Positions 1-12,692 of a DNA stretch of 64,000 nucleotides are shown one piece after another. Positions within the stretch are counted from its first letter, which is position 1; each line of letters begins with the position of its first letter. The DNA is from Octopus bimaculoides (taxonomy: Eukaryota). The notes below the pieces were generated by a model. The model saw only the letters and a program-made list of their open reading frames with translations. It had not been told where the DNA came from and made no database searches. The position numbers and the translations under genes are program-made. Location: NCBI RefSeq assembly GCF_001194135.2, contig NC_068981.1:172276507-172340506 (forward strand), read 5' to 3'.

Positions 1-1228
1 GTAATATGATGGTACATTGTCCTGTACCATCAGTCTGACTATATAGAAATACAGCACCACTCTTAGTTCATAAAATTGTATTACCTGTAGAATTCACATC
101 TGACTGTAAAATCATTTATTTTCACAACTGATTTGCAGAATTTTCATAATTTTTAAAATCTTGCTGACATAGAAAATAAGAATAGAAACCACTTTGAGTG
201 GATGTTTTTTATTTTATTGATCCCTTTTTTTTGTCTTTTGTGGGGGAAAGTGGAGGTTATAATAGTAGTTGATAAATCTGCTGTCACCAGAATATGTTTG
301 TGGATGTACATATTCTTCCTTTTCTCCTTTGGGTATGACTTATGTCAGCCATAAAATAAAGCAGAAAAGCACTAAGCTGATTAGTATGTTTAATGCATGC
401 ATATCTCACTGTTTTGGGGATTCATATCTCCCATATTACTATGGTGAAATCAATAATCTTCTTCAGCATTACCAGTCTACAGTGTTAAATGCTGAGAAGC
501 TATCAATAATACTAAATAATCTATTTATTCATTTTCAATGGATTCATCCAATATGACCAAATGCTAAGCAACTTAATCTAATGACTCTGACAATATATTC
601 AAATTTTTATTTGAAATCTTGACTATGGAAATTCTGATATCTTGTAGATACTAAATAACTTTGTTTAAAAATTTATGATCATTATCATTCTTTGAACTCC
701 TGTAACTAGAAAATGTATCTACTTAGTGGAATTTTGATAATTATAGGTCATCATTTGAAGTGGTAATGCTTTATTTAAAGCTTTTAGCCTAATATTAGTT
801 TTAGATTTACATATAGATTTGATGCTGCTGATTTTTTTGTTTGTTTGTTTTAATGATTTTTAATGGCTCAAAAAAATAATTGCTTTAGAATAATAAATGA
901 ATAAAATTCATTCATTATTCAAAACTAATTAGTTACAAAAGGATAACCAGTTTCAGTTAGGTTCTAATATTTGAGAGTTAAAATCCTACTGACAGCATTG
1001 CAATATGCAAAATACAAGTTTACCTAGTCTTTGGTGAGGTATAATGAAAACTCTCAGCCCAAGAGTTTTTCTATTCCATTGCAATAATAAAAACTGTACT
1101 TTAATCCGTATATATAAAGTATATATTTCATGTTAGATATGGTATCAAAATATCTTATTTTTATTTAGAATTCAAGAATATAGCTAAATCTAGGAAACCA
1201 GTGTTTTAATCAATATAGACCTGTTTTA

Positions 1229-1415
1229 GGCAGCAAGCTGGCAGAAACGTTAACACACTGGGTGAAATGCTTAGCGGTATTTCATCTGTCTTTGTGTTCT
1301 GAGTTCAAATTCCGCCAAGGTCGACTTTGCCTTTCATCCTTTTGGGGGTCAATAAATTAAGTACCAGTTGCATACTGGGGTCGACTTAATCGACTGGCCC
1401 CCTCCCCTGAAATTT
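1229..1415 (+). mobile_element. tRNA-derived SINE (central domain resembles MetaSINE/Sauria-SINE type)
   Basis: Head GGCAGCAAGCTGGCAGAAACG, B-box-like GTTCAAATTCC, central GTCGACTTTGCCTTTCATCC...GGTCAATAAATTAAGTACCAG. A close homologue lies on the minus strand at 54147-54346. Superfamily assignment is from memory. Confidence 0.75.
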
Positions 1416-3293
1416 TTTTAAAAAAAGCCAGTGAGTCATTTGCTAACAAAGTTTCAGTTTCCTGGCTTGTAATTTAAGCATGTTAATCAATACAGAAAAA
1501 ACGTTTGGAATTATCTAAGAGATTTTTAATCATTCAACTAACAGAAAATTATTACTTTCACTGATTTTCAATTGTCACCTAGTTTGCTTTTTACTTTATT
1601 CTCAGGTTGTGCAAGTTATTATTTCCCGATACTCTATATATTTTATAATGTTATCTTAGTCTTATTTGAATTGAGCTTAACAGGTTCAACTTCACATTTA
1701 CTTGTTCAACCTAGGTGTGGTTGATTTATTAAAGTAGTGGACTATTGGGCGATAAAACATTTATTTAACCATAAATACTCCCACTTTCTCTTTGACAATA
1801 CGCCCACATTTATTTAGTCACGATATTCCCACCTATTCTTAGGCACAATTCTCTGTTTGTTAGTCATTTGTACTTGTGAGTTGTCAGTATTAGAAAAGGA
1901 TTCATAGAAAAATTTATACCAGTGAATTATACCAGTCTTAAGAAAGCATAATTGTATATACAGTATATTGAAGAAGTAGTTAAACCTACTCTGATGCATT
2001 TTATGGGACTTGAAAAGAAAATTCATTTTGGTTCATAATGTCTTATGCATTACAAGCACTGTGTATTAAATGTCTCTATATCACTATCATTGCCCTGCCT
2101 TAAAGGCTATGTGGTATTTGAGAAAAATTCAATGAGCTTGAGTAAATTGTTCTTGAATTCTATATACAGACTTTGTAGCTTTATGCTTGCCAAGAATGAC
2201 CTTACCAGGCAAAGTCATCTTTGTTAAAGCTATTATCAAGGGATGTTGAAATTTACAAAAAGATTGCAATGGTTTAGGTTACATAAGTTTTTAAACATCA
2301 CTTCCACTACTCAGTATTTTGCTTTTGCTTTCAAATTGAAAATAAACATAGTTTTTAATTTTAACAGATTTACTCTAAAATGTTTTTTAGCTGTTACTAA
2401 TTAATTCTCTTGGATATTTCTTTTAATACACTGTTTTAATGCTTCATATAAAGTGAACTAAAACTATAATTAAACTTGTGAGTATTGCAAAAAAAAAAAA
2501 ACTATGATCGCAAATTGGACTTCCAACTGCACTCAAGTCAATTTTGCTTTATTTTCTACCAGTCAGATTAAAATATTTAACTGTATTAAACTTGAAGCAT
2601 TTGCAATAGTGGGAAATATTTTAGCAGTAGCTGATGTATTATTTTCTAGGTTTCTAACGATATACATTTGAATACTTTTTTCTGAATTAAAATATTTGGA
2701 AAATGCATTTGAGTGTCATGTTGCTATGAGTTTCTGATTGTGAATCTTTTTGTTTTTTTTAATCCTATAAAAAAAAAGATCTGTTCATCCTGTAATCTTA
2801 ATAGCCTTGCGGTAGGTGTGTCAGATATTTGTATAGCACATCACTTACAAGTCACTAACACTGAATTGATTAAGTCAGTCAGACTTATTCTAAAAGGTTA
2901 GAAGTATACATAATCAATCAATGAATCATTTCATTTATAGATAGCAAATGCAGCTTTTGTTTAACTGTGGAATACACTTTCAATAAATTCTTTTGTTTTG
3001 TTGCTTTTGTTGAAGTAACCTAAGAGATGAATTGATACTAGTATAGGAAAATGTCATTTCTTCATTATATCGAAAATCATTGCTGCAATTTTATTTTAAA
3101 GAGAATCTGACACCCCAACATATGAAGAGGCTTCAGTCACTACTTCAATCTATTACTAAACTGTACTTATGGTATATCTCATCTCTCAACCCAATCCTTT
3201 CAGGTCTTGTCTAGTTGCTGTGAGACCTAGTTTATCAACATTTCTTTGACTATTCTGTTTCATTTCTCCTGTCAGTTGCCATTTACCTATATA

Positions 3294-4554
3294 TTGGGTC
3301 ATCCCATAAATAATGCAGTTTTTTCAATTGTATGAGCTAAAAGCCGGAGGGGGATAGGAAAAACTACCTGCATCAACTTGCTATAAAAGCAGGTAGTAAT
3401 TTTACCTTGTACTTATTCTTAGTACAAGTTTTGAAGAGTGCTGTTCGATTTTAACAGTTATTTTTTCAAAGCTATAATGGAAGTGACAAAGGAGCATATT
3501 CGACATATTTTGCTTTATGAGTTCAATAAAGGCAACAATGCAACAGAATGTGTGAGGAATATTAATGCATTATATGGGGATCAGATAATAAGTGTGAGCC
3601 AATGTCAGCAGTGGTTCCAGAAATTCTGAGCTGGAAACTGCAGCCTAGAAGACGAGCCTCATCCTGGAACATCTGTAGAGCTCAATGAGGACATCCTGCA
3701 AACCCTGGTGGAACAAAATCCCATCGTAACTGTTGAGGAACTAGCAGAGATGCTTGAATTTGGTCATTCGACCATTCATTGACACCTGTGTGCCATCAGA
3801 AAAGTCAGCAAATTGGGTCAATGGGTTCCTCATAAACTTTCCAAGTCTAGTGATATGCAGAGAGTGAATGTGTGCTCTTCTTTGCTGCCATGTCTCACAA
3901 ATGATCCTTTTTTTGGACCAAATAGTGACTGGTGACGAGAAATGAGTTCTCCATAAAAATGTCAAGTGCCGAAGACAGTGAGTAGGGAAAGGAGAAATAC
4001 TAGCACCCCCAAGCTAAAGAAAGTCTTCACCCACATAATCTGTTTCGTGGGATATGAAGGTTTAGTTCGCTTTGAACTTTTAAATCCAAACCAAACGATA
4101 ACAAAGGAGATTTACGGCAAGCAGCTTAAGTGACTTAAGTCAGTGCTAGAAGAAAGACAACCATCTTTGGTTTCAAGACGAAAGGTGTTCTTCAATCAGG
4201 ATAATGCTCAGCCACATATAGCAAGGATGACATTCCAAAGGCTGGAGCACTTTGAATGGCAAACAATACCCCATCCACCATATTCGCTGGACATTGCCCC
4301 ATCTGATTATCATTTATTCTGCAGTCTTCAAAATCACTTGGCGGAAAAAATACAATTCTGTAGACGAAATCAAAACAGTGCTGGAGGAGTATCTTTCGTC
4401 ATGGACAAGTGAATTTTGGATGAAGGACCTTGCAAGTCTACCAGAAGAGCATTGTAGAAAATGAAGGAGATTTTTTTTAGATTAAAAAAGAACTTTATCT
4501 TAATTTTGAAAAATAAAAGTATAAAAAAGCCACATTATTTATGGGATGACCTAA
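3294..4554 (+). mobile_element. Full-length defective mariner (Tc1/mariner, D,D34D) DNA transposon, copy 1
   Basis: TIR TTGGGTCATCCCATAAATAATG at 3294, inverted CATTATTTATGGGATGACCTAA ending at 4554, TA on both flanks. Length 1261 bp. Confidence 0.95.
3477..4485 (+). pseudogene. Mariner transposase pseudogene (stops and frameshifts)
   Basis: MEVTKEHIRHILLYEFNKG start, WVPHKL, IVTGDEK, DNAQPH and HPPYSLDIAPSDYHLF motifs. In-frame TGA at 3627 and 3780, plus frameshifts. Confidence 0.93.
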
Positions 4555-7500
4555 TATATATAAACAATGTCTAACTGGTATCCAGAACTCTTGATAAAAT
4601 TCCATTTATCTTTGTACTCTAGGTGTCATGTTTTAAATAAAATCATTCTGTCAACTGGCACACTGAGAGAGGTTTGACAACACACAAAGTAAACAAAGCA
4701 TACACTTAAAGACTAATGATATTTCAGATAACTAACAATAAAAGGAAGTATGTCGCCATTGCTCATACTTAACTTTATATGAAGCTTTTGTCCCAAAACT
4801 AAACTTACAGGAACTTTTCATTTGAATTTGTATTTGATAAATCTTCCAAAGATGTAAAGGTTTTATAACATAATTATGCCAGTGCTTTTGCATGATCACA
4901 GCCCTATGGTAGAAACCATTAGAAGGTTAAGTGGAGTAAAAGCAGTATACATAAACATTTATAGGACTGTTAAGACCAATACAATTGATGTCCAGTTTCA
5001 AGATTAGCTGAGCACTGACTGTAAAGGAAAAATTAACAAGGTGTGAATCCATGGGACTAGTTCTAGAGATGAATGACTGGGCAAGTATTTTGTGTGAGGT
5101 TATTGTGTTGTCTAAGAAACAGGAGACATTGACAGGAGATGGAGTATGTTGCTTGATATTTCAAAAGCTGAAGAGGCCTGTGTAGGGGATACTGAAGAAG
5201 GAGGAAAAAAAAAGCATTTCATTTGTAAGTGAGTCCTTGCTAATCAAATAGACAGTTTTTTTTTTTAATGCAACCTAGGTTGTTTGTTTGCTACCACTGC
5301 CCCAAGCTACATATTAAAACAGTACTTCTGTATATGTAAGTCATAATTGAAGTTAACAAGCAATTGGAAGTGAAGAACTTATTAGCCTTAAAGAGAAAAC
5401 CTAATCTTTAAACTGAAGCTTTGATAATGTTACAAATGTGAGGTCACCATGAGATATAATCAGAGATTGTGAGGCCTAGCATTTGTAGTAACCTTAAAGA
5501 CTTTAGTTGTATATTATTCCTGTATTTGGAAATATAGTCTAAGACTATTTCCTTTAAATGTATTGTTATTGTGTCTGGTTTTGCGAAGAAAGACTAGCTT
5601 GTCGTGTCTCTTTTAAAGGTTATCTTCCAAAATTTGGAAATAAAATTGTTGAATTTTTATTTCAAAAGACCTTTTTAAATTGTTTTGCATTAATACATTA
5701 AATATATTTAATACCATAGTAAATATTTTATTGACAAAAATATATTTAATGAAATACGCTAATACTGTAAAGTCACATTTTTATCTTTTTCGTCTTGTAC
5801 TTGGAGCAACATTTAATGCTCAAGTAATTTCCTTTTTTATTTGTAAATACTTAAAAATATATGCATATATACATCTATTGAAAATGGAAAAAATTGGATG
5901 ACTTGTAATCAACATATGCACGTAAACAAACATACATTACCAAACAACATTATTATATGTACAACAGCTAAGATACACATTTTGTATTCATGCATGTTTG
6001 TAGTAATTTCTATTTTATTGAGTTGGCAAGAAAGTAATTTCGGTTTTTTTAGTGTGAAGTAAGTCAATTTTTTTTCATACAATATATATTCTCATGTTTC
6101 TTAAAATTAGCTAGCTAATGAAGGAGTCTATGTGATCACTCAACCTGCTAAAAATAGCAACCAAATTCCCTCAAATCCCATCTTACCAATTGAAGTTAAA
6201 AACATGTAATTAACATTAGCAAAGTCATTTACTAAAATATACTTCGAATTTCATTCATTTTTATAACAAACTGGAAAAGACTTACTTTTTATATGTAATA
6301 ATTTTTTTAAATTTTAGTTTTGATTGGGACTGCTTACTTTGCCTATCCTGAGTGCATCGTTCCAAATATACACCTATTTGTGCTGCTATGAAATTGGTGC
6401 AGGAGTTTGCAGATATTCTTAAATCCAATTTTTTATTATCAGAAAATATCAGTAGACAGTAGATTGAATATAAAAATCTTGTTCAATTTAATGAAATAAC
6501 AGTGCTCCACTCACTTCTATAAAAGCTAAACATTATCTCTAACCACATCATAATTTGCTTGGGACTTTCCTGCTTCTTACACATTTGTCATTTCATATAC
6601 AGAAGAAAGCTGAAAACTTGGGTAATATACATTGTACATATTGAGACATGTTATCTTTCTGATCAGTTCTCACAGAACTGACTTCTAGATCTATTGATTC
6701 TTGGGTTCTTCTTGTAAATTGCATAGTTTTTGTTTGTTTGTTTTTCCATCTGCTAACAATAGCATTAATAAAGCAATATTATTCCAGAAATGTCTTTTAA
6801 ACATCTTAGCTCTTCATCAAGTCATAATCAATAGACTAGTCATTGCCACTGATTCTGAACATCCGTAAATGGTAAGATGGATGTGGCTTACATAAAACTG
6901 TCTTCTATAAAAATCAATATTGAGACTACTTAAAATAACTAAAACTATAAAATATATCTAAAGTTCACCTACTTTCATTATAAATTACAGATACCCTGTG
7001 TCATTCCTTAAGTATATATTATTTGCTCTCTCATTGGCAAATTGGATTAGCTAGGGATTTACCATAGCAAACACTCTTTTTTAGCATATCATTAAAACAA
7101 TGATATACATTTCATAATTTCCTCTTCTGATTCAATATCTCACTTATTTTGTACATCTACTATGTTTCAATATTTCTTTCTCATCTTTCCTCCAAGTGGC
7201 CTTTCTCTTCTGTACCATTTTTATAATGACATTTGTAGCCAAGAAGTTACTGAAACTTTCAACTCTGAGAAAAGAATGGGTATTAAATAGAACATAATGT
7301 ATATGGGGAGAAAACCTGAAGAATTTATTTCTTATATTGTTTACATGTTATATTCATTGAAATTTTACAATTTTCTTGCCAAAAGTAAAAATATTACAAA
7401 AAGTTGTTAGAATTTCTTCATATCAAGTGCTTGAAAAGGCAGTGTAATATAAAGAGAGCTTTGTGTTGGACTAAATGCCTTGTATTTAGTTTCATCTTAG

Positions 7501-8066
7501 TTCAAATGCCACTTCCACTATGTTCAGCTTTATTCTTCATTCTTGTGGGATCAATCAAATAAGAACCAGTCATGTAATGGGTTTGATACAGCCAAGTAAA
7601 ACCCTCCTCTAAAATGTATGGTTGTGGGCCAATGTTAGAAATCATTTAAAGTTCTTATGGAAGGTATGAACATGTTCATTTTTCATTTCCATCTTGAATT
7701 ATAGTCATTAATAGATACAGCTTATCACAAATTGATAAGCAGAAAATACACATTGGTTTCATTGTATTTAATCTCATAAATAGTCTGTTAAATAATCTGT
7801 TGTTAAACGGATCTGAAGAAATTAGAGCTAGTGACAAAAATTAGAACCATATAAGTAGAGACTATTTTCTCAAATTTAGTCAGACAAGAGCAATCTATAC
7901 GTAATAATAGCCAATATAAATGTGGGTTGGTTAGTTTCTCCCATTATGCTTTATGTTGTAGAGAGGGGTAGATAGAGTAAAAGAGAAATATAGAAAGAGT
8001 TACCACAAAGAGATACAGAATGAATGCACATTCTAGGTTGGTGGAAGGCAATTGAGTAAAGGAACG

Positions 8067-8068
<2 letters not shown>

Positions 8069-8099
<31 letters not shown>
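8069..8099. repeat. (AC)n microsatellite
   Basis: Direct reading. Confidence 0.98.
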
Positions 8100-8101
<2 letters not shown>

Positions 8102-9350
8102 GAGAGAGAAAGAATCATAGAGACAGAGGAGGGTGGGAGAGTAAAATACTGGCTGTAACTGAAAAAGGCTCTGCAAAAGTTAAGACTTGTAATGAACATG
8201 CTTTTTCCTTATGTGATTTTCTAGTTAGCTGTTAGTTTGCAGAGTAAGTTTTTTTGCATTAATCATTAGGGCACTTGCTAACATAAGAATTTATAACAAA
8301 CTGTTCCAAGTGTATATATTACAATTGCTGAAGAATATTAAAACATTAGAATGTTATCCTTCATATGACCAGTAACTTTGAAAATATATTTTTACCACCA
8401 TGGGTAATATGAGGAAATATGGCATACAATAATTATAATTTTTTGTCAAATTATCTATGGTGACAAAAGTATGCTGCCAAAGTTACCCATTATATGATGG
8501 ATAACTCACTATTTCACAAATAATTGACATAAGAGAGATAATATATATTGGGTCATCCCATAAATAATGCAGTTTTTTTTCAATTGTATGAACTAAAAGT
8601 CAGAGGGGGACAGGATAAGCTACCTACATCAACTTACTATAAAAACAGTTAGTAATTTTACCTTGTCCTTATTCTTAGTACAAGTTTTGAAGAGTGCTGT
8701 TCGATTTTAACAGTTATTTTTTCAAAGCTATAATGGAAGTGACAAAGGAGCATATTCGGCATATTTTACTTCATGAGTTAAATAAAGGCAACAATGCAAC
8801 AGAAAGCACGAGGAATATTAATGCATTATATGGGGATCAAACAATAAGCATAAGCCAGAGTCAATGGTGGTTCCCAGAAACTACAGCCAAGAAGCTGAGC
8901 CTTGTCCTGAATGATCTGTAGAGCTCGACAAGGAAATCCTGCAAACCCTGGTGGAACAAAATCCCATCGCAACTGTTGAGGAACTTGCAGAGAAGCTTGG
9001 ATTTGGTCATTCAACCATTCATCGACACCTGCATGCCATCAGAAAAGTCAGCAAATTGGATCAATGGGTTCCTCACAAACTTTCCAAGTCTAATCACACA
9101 GAGGGGGAATGTGTGCTCTTTTTTGCTGTCATGTCTCACAAATTAACCTTTTTTGGACCAAATAGTGACTGGTGATGAGAAATGGGTTTTCTTTAAAAAT
9201 GTCAAGTGCCAAAGACTGTGGGTAGGGAAAGGAGAAACATCAGCACCCCAGGCTAAAGAAGGTCTTCAATAACATAAAGTGTTGTTATCTGTTTAATGAG
9301 ATGTGAAAAGTTTAGTCCACTTTGAACTTTTAAACCCAAGCCAAGTGATA

Positions 9351-9593
9351 GGCACAGGAGTGGCTGTGTGGTAAGAAGCTTGCTTCCCAACCACATGGTT
9401 CTGGGTTCAGTCCCACTGTGTGACACTTTCGGCAAGTGTCTTCTACTATAGCCTCAAGCCAACCAAAGTTATTTGAGTGGGTTTGGTAGATGGAAACTGA
9501 AAGCCCATTGTATATATATATATNNNNNNNNNNGCCTCAAGCCAACCAAAGTCATTTGAGTGGGTTTGGTAGATGGAAACTGAAAGCCCATTG

Positions 9594-9624
<31 letters not shown>

Positions 9625-9830
9625 GTTTGTGTGTCTGTTTGTCCCCCCCCCCACCATCTCTGACAACCAGTGTTGGTGTGTTTACATTCCTGTAACTTAG
9701 TGGTTTGGCAAAAGATACCAAAAGGATAAGTACTAGGCTTACAAAGAATAAGTCCTGAGATTGATTTGTTCGACTAAAGGTGGTGCTCCAGTATGGCTGC
9801 AGTCAAATGATTGAAACAAGTAAATGAGTA
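9351..9830 (+). mobile_element. tRNA-related SINE (GGAGTGGCTGTGTGG head family) with internal (TA)n, nested in mariner copy 2
   Basis: Absent from copy 1 at the aligned position (GATA|ACAAAGGAG). Head GGAGTGGCTGTGTGGTAAG...GGTTCAGTCCC, tail GAAACAAGTAAATGAGTAA. Contains a 10-N gap. Confidence 0.8.
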
Positions 9831-10088
9831 AAGGAGCTCTACCACAAGCAGCTTGAGCAGATTAAGTCAGCGCTAGAAGAAAAACGACCATCTTTGGTTT
9901 CAAGACAAAAGGTGTTCTTCCATCAGGATAATGCTCGGCCACATACAGCGAAGATGACATTCCAAAGGCTGGAACAGTTTGAATGGGAAACGATGCCTCA
10001 CCCACCACATTCACCAGACATTGCCCTATCTGATTATCATTTATTCCTCAGTCTTCAAAATCATTTGGACGAAAAAATATGAATTCTG

Positions 10089-10380
10089 TGGCTGTGTGGT
10101 AAGTAGTTTGCTTACCAACCACATGGTTCTGGGTTCNNNNNNNNNNCATTCCAAAGGCTGGAACAGTTTGAATGGGAAACGATGCCTCACCCACCACATT
10201 CACCAGACATTGCCCTATCTGATTATCATTTATTCCTCAGTCTTCAAAATCATTTGGACGAAAAAATATGAATTCTGNNNNNNNNNNTACAAAGAATAAG
10301 TCCTGGGGTCGATTTTCTCGACTAAAGGCAGTGCTCCAGCATGGCCACAGTCAAATGACTAGAACAAGTAAAAGAGTAAG
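10089..10380 (+). mobile_element. Second SINE of the same family nested in mariner copy 2 (incompletely assembled)
   Basis: TGGCTGTGTGGTAAG head at ~10089 and tail GAACAAGTAAAAGAGTAAG ending at 10380. Two 10-N gaps enclose a duplicated mariner segment. Confidence 0.7.
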
Positions 10381-12495
10381 GTTAAAACAGTACTGGAGGA
10401 GTATCTTTCGTCTCAGACAAGTGAATTTTGGAAGAGGGGCCTTGCAAGTCTACCAGATAGATGGAGGAGCATTGTAGAAAATGAAGGAGAGTATATTTTA
10501 GATTAGAATGAACTTTATCTTAATTTGGCAAAATAAAAGAAGTATAAAAAATGCATTATTTATGGGATGACTCAATACATGCTTTGAGTTTTCTACTGGT
10601 TTCATTCTATTTTAAAATATTTTACAGATTGCTTTTTAGAGAAAATTTTTTTCACTGAAAAATTTACACAGGTTGTTTTTGAAGTTTATTTTTGCGTTGT
10701 CTTCTGTTTTTTTTTTCTTTATCTATACAGCTTTAATATGTTCACATTTTTTAATGAAAAGCACTATTTTCATAACTAATCGATTATATAATTAATATCT
10801 TTCATTGGTTGAATTTCATACTTCTCTGAAAAAGAGAAAAAAAAGTCATGATTTCAGTAGATGTAGAGTACATTTTTTGTTTAATATAAATATTTTTATA
10901 ATTTAAATTCATGTGAATGATATAAAATAAGTGGATGAGCTTAGAATATAAAGGTTATAGTTTAGGTGCTGTTAGATGGAAGTAAAAATCAGGTTTATTA
11001 CAGCTTTGCATTCGTATGTGTATGTATGCAGATGCTTACCGCCTGCTTGCTCCCAGTGCTTGCTTACCTTACAATTCCTGCACATAATGTAAGCCTATTT
11101 ATATGCTTATGAATTTAGTTTAATTCTGCCAAGATGTCTTCCAAAGTTGCTGCTTCTTCACTCCATTACTTTTAATGTGACAAAATAGAATGCATACTGA
11201 AGTTGGTTATTCTATGGCAATGACATCAAATCTCTAAGGAAAACAATGTGAATTGTTCGATGCCAACACTCTGCCTGTATCCAGATACATTATTATTTAT
11301 TGTAGATTCAAAAGTCTTATGAATGTATTCAAATGCATATATAAATCTAATGATATGCATTTAAATTTATAAGTTTCACCAAGTATCCAAAATTGAGGCT
11401 TCCCTCTGTTATTACTGAATGTGTGTGTTGTATGTTGGCAGAATTGTTAGTGCATTGGACAGATATCTTCCAGTATTTATTCTGTCTCTTTGCATTCTGA
11501 ATTTAAATATCTCTAAGATCTTTGTCTTTGATTCTTCACTCACTCTCTTTTAAAATTACTTGTACTGCAATATAAAAAGAACATGCAGGGACACTTACAG
11601 TGTCCTTTTCTTATGTTGCAATCCCTATTGCAAAAGAATATGGTCATTAAGTGGAGTATGGTACATAATAAGATAAATACTTTTTTTTGTCTTCTTTTGG
11701 CAAATAATGTGTCATACTAAACTTACATTTTATAAACACCTATTTTTGTTAATTTAATCATCCCAGCATATTACTGGTACTGTACTATTGATCTCCAAGA
11801 GAGTGGAAAGCAAAGTCAACTGTGTGGGATTTAAGCACACAAGATAAGACACACCCAAATATTGTATAGCATTTATTTTGGTATCTATCATTCTTGCCAC
11901 TCTGTTTCCTTTTAATACTTACAATAATTATAGTAATAACTTTGCTGTAATATCTCAGATTTTGATATGAAGAAAATAAGTGATGATATCTATAGGCTAC
12001 TTTAGAACAGTTTAATATTTATTACATTAATGTTTATTACATTTAATTATAATTTTATTGGATGCTTTAGTGTAGAAGTAACTACTTGATAAACAAGAGC
12101 AGCAATCTAGTTTTGATCCTGTGTTAAAACTACTTCATTTTCATTAGCAATACAATAGCAAAAGGGTTAATGCTATAGAAAATGTTATGTCACACCTTTT
12201 ATATCACCTTATCAAAACTCATCCTTGGTGCTAGTCTGGATTAAATTTCTTTTAAATGTTATTCTAATCATGTAGATCCAATCTATATTATGAGTATACT
12301 GTCTTTAAATTTAAAATTAAACTATATGCTCCTCATTTTCAAGATGGGGAGAAGTTTATTACAAGAGATTTGGCTGTTGTTTTTATATATTTGATCAGCT
12401 ATGTAAAAGCTCTCATACTGGTTGCTCAAAACTATTGAATCAAATAACCCCATCACTGCAGTATTTACAAGTAACCTTAAAGAAAATCACTTTAA

Positions 12496-12692
12496 CCCTT
12501 TAGCATTCAAACCAGCCCATATCCAGCCTAAGTATTCTACCTGTTTTATGCTCAAACCAGCCAGATGCAACCTCTCACATCTGCCCTACAAGGTCCTTCT
12601 AAAAATAAGCAGTCACATTGATGCTTGATTAGTTCAAAACAATGTGAATAAATAAGCATTACATTTGACAGACTAATCTGAATGCTAAAGGG
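12496..12692. mobile_element. piggyBac-type MITE (197 bp)
   Basis: Perfect 14-bp TIR CCCTTTAGCATTCA / TGAATGCTAAAGGG, TTAA on both sides (12492-12495, 12693-12696). Confidence 0.9.

Larger units (their letters stand above)
8548..10575 (+). mobile_element. Defective mariner copy 2, same family, interrupted by two SINE insertions and N gaps
   Basis: Same left TIR at 8548, right TIR CATTATTTATGGGATGACTCAA ending at 10575, TA flanks. WVPHKL, VTGDEKW, DNARPH and HPPHSPDIALSDYHLF motifs. Confidence 0.93.

Noticed and set aside
6-103. C/D box snoRNA (ATGATGG ... CTGA)
   Set aside because: Imperfect C box, no terminal stem and no recognisable rRNA/snRNA guide.
9958-10277. Apparent 131-bp tandem duplication in mariner copy 2 (also 9451-9600 and 22556-22625)
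   Set aside because: Each duplicate abuts a 10-N placeholder gap, typical of unmerged overlapping contig ends, so likely an assembly artefact.
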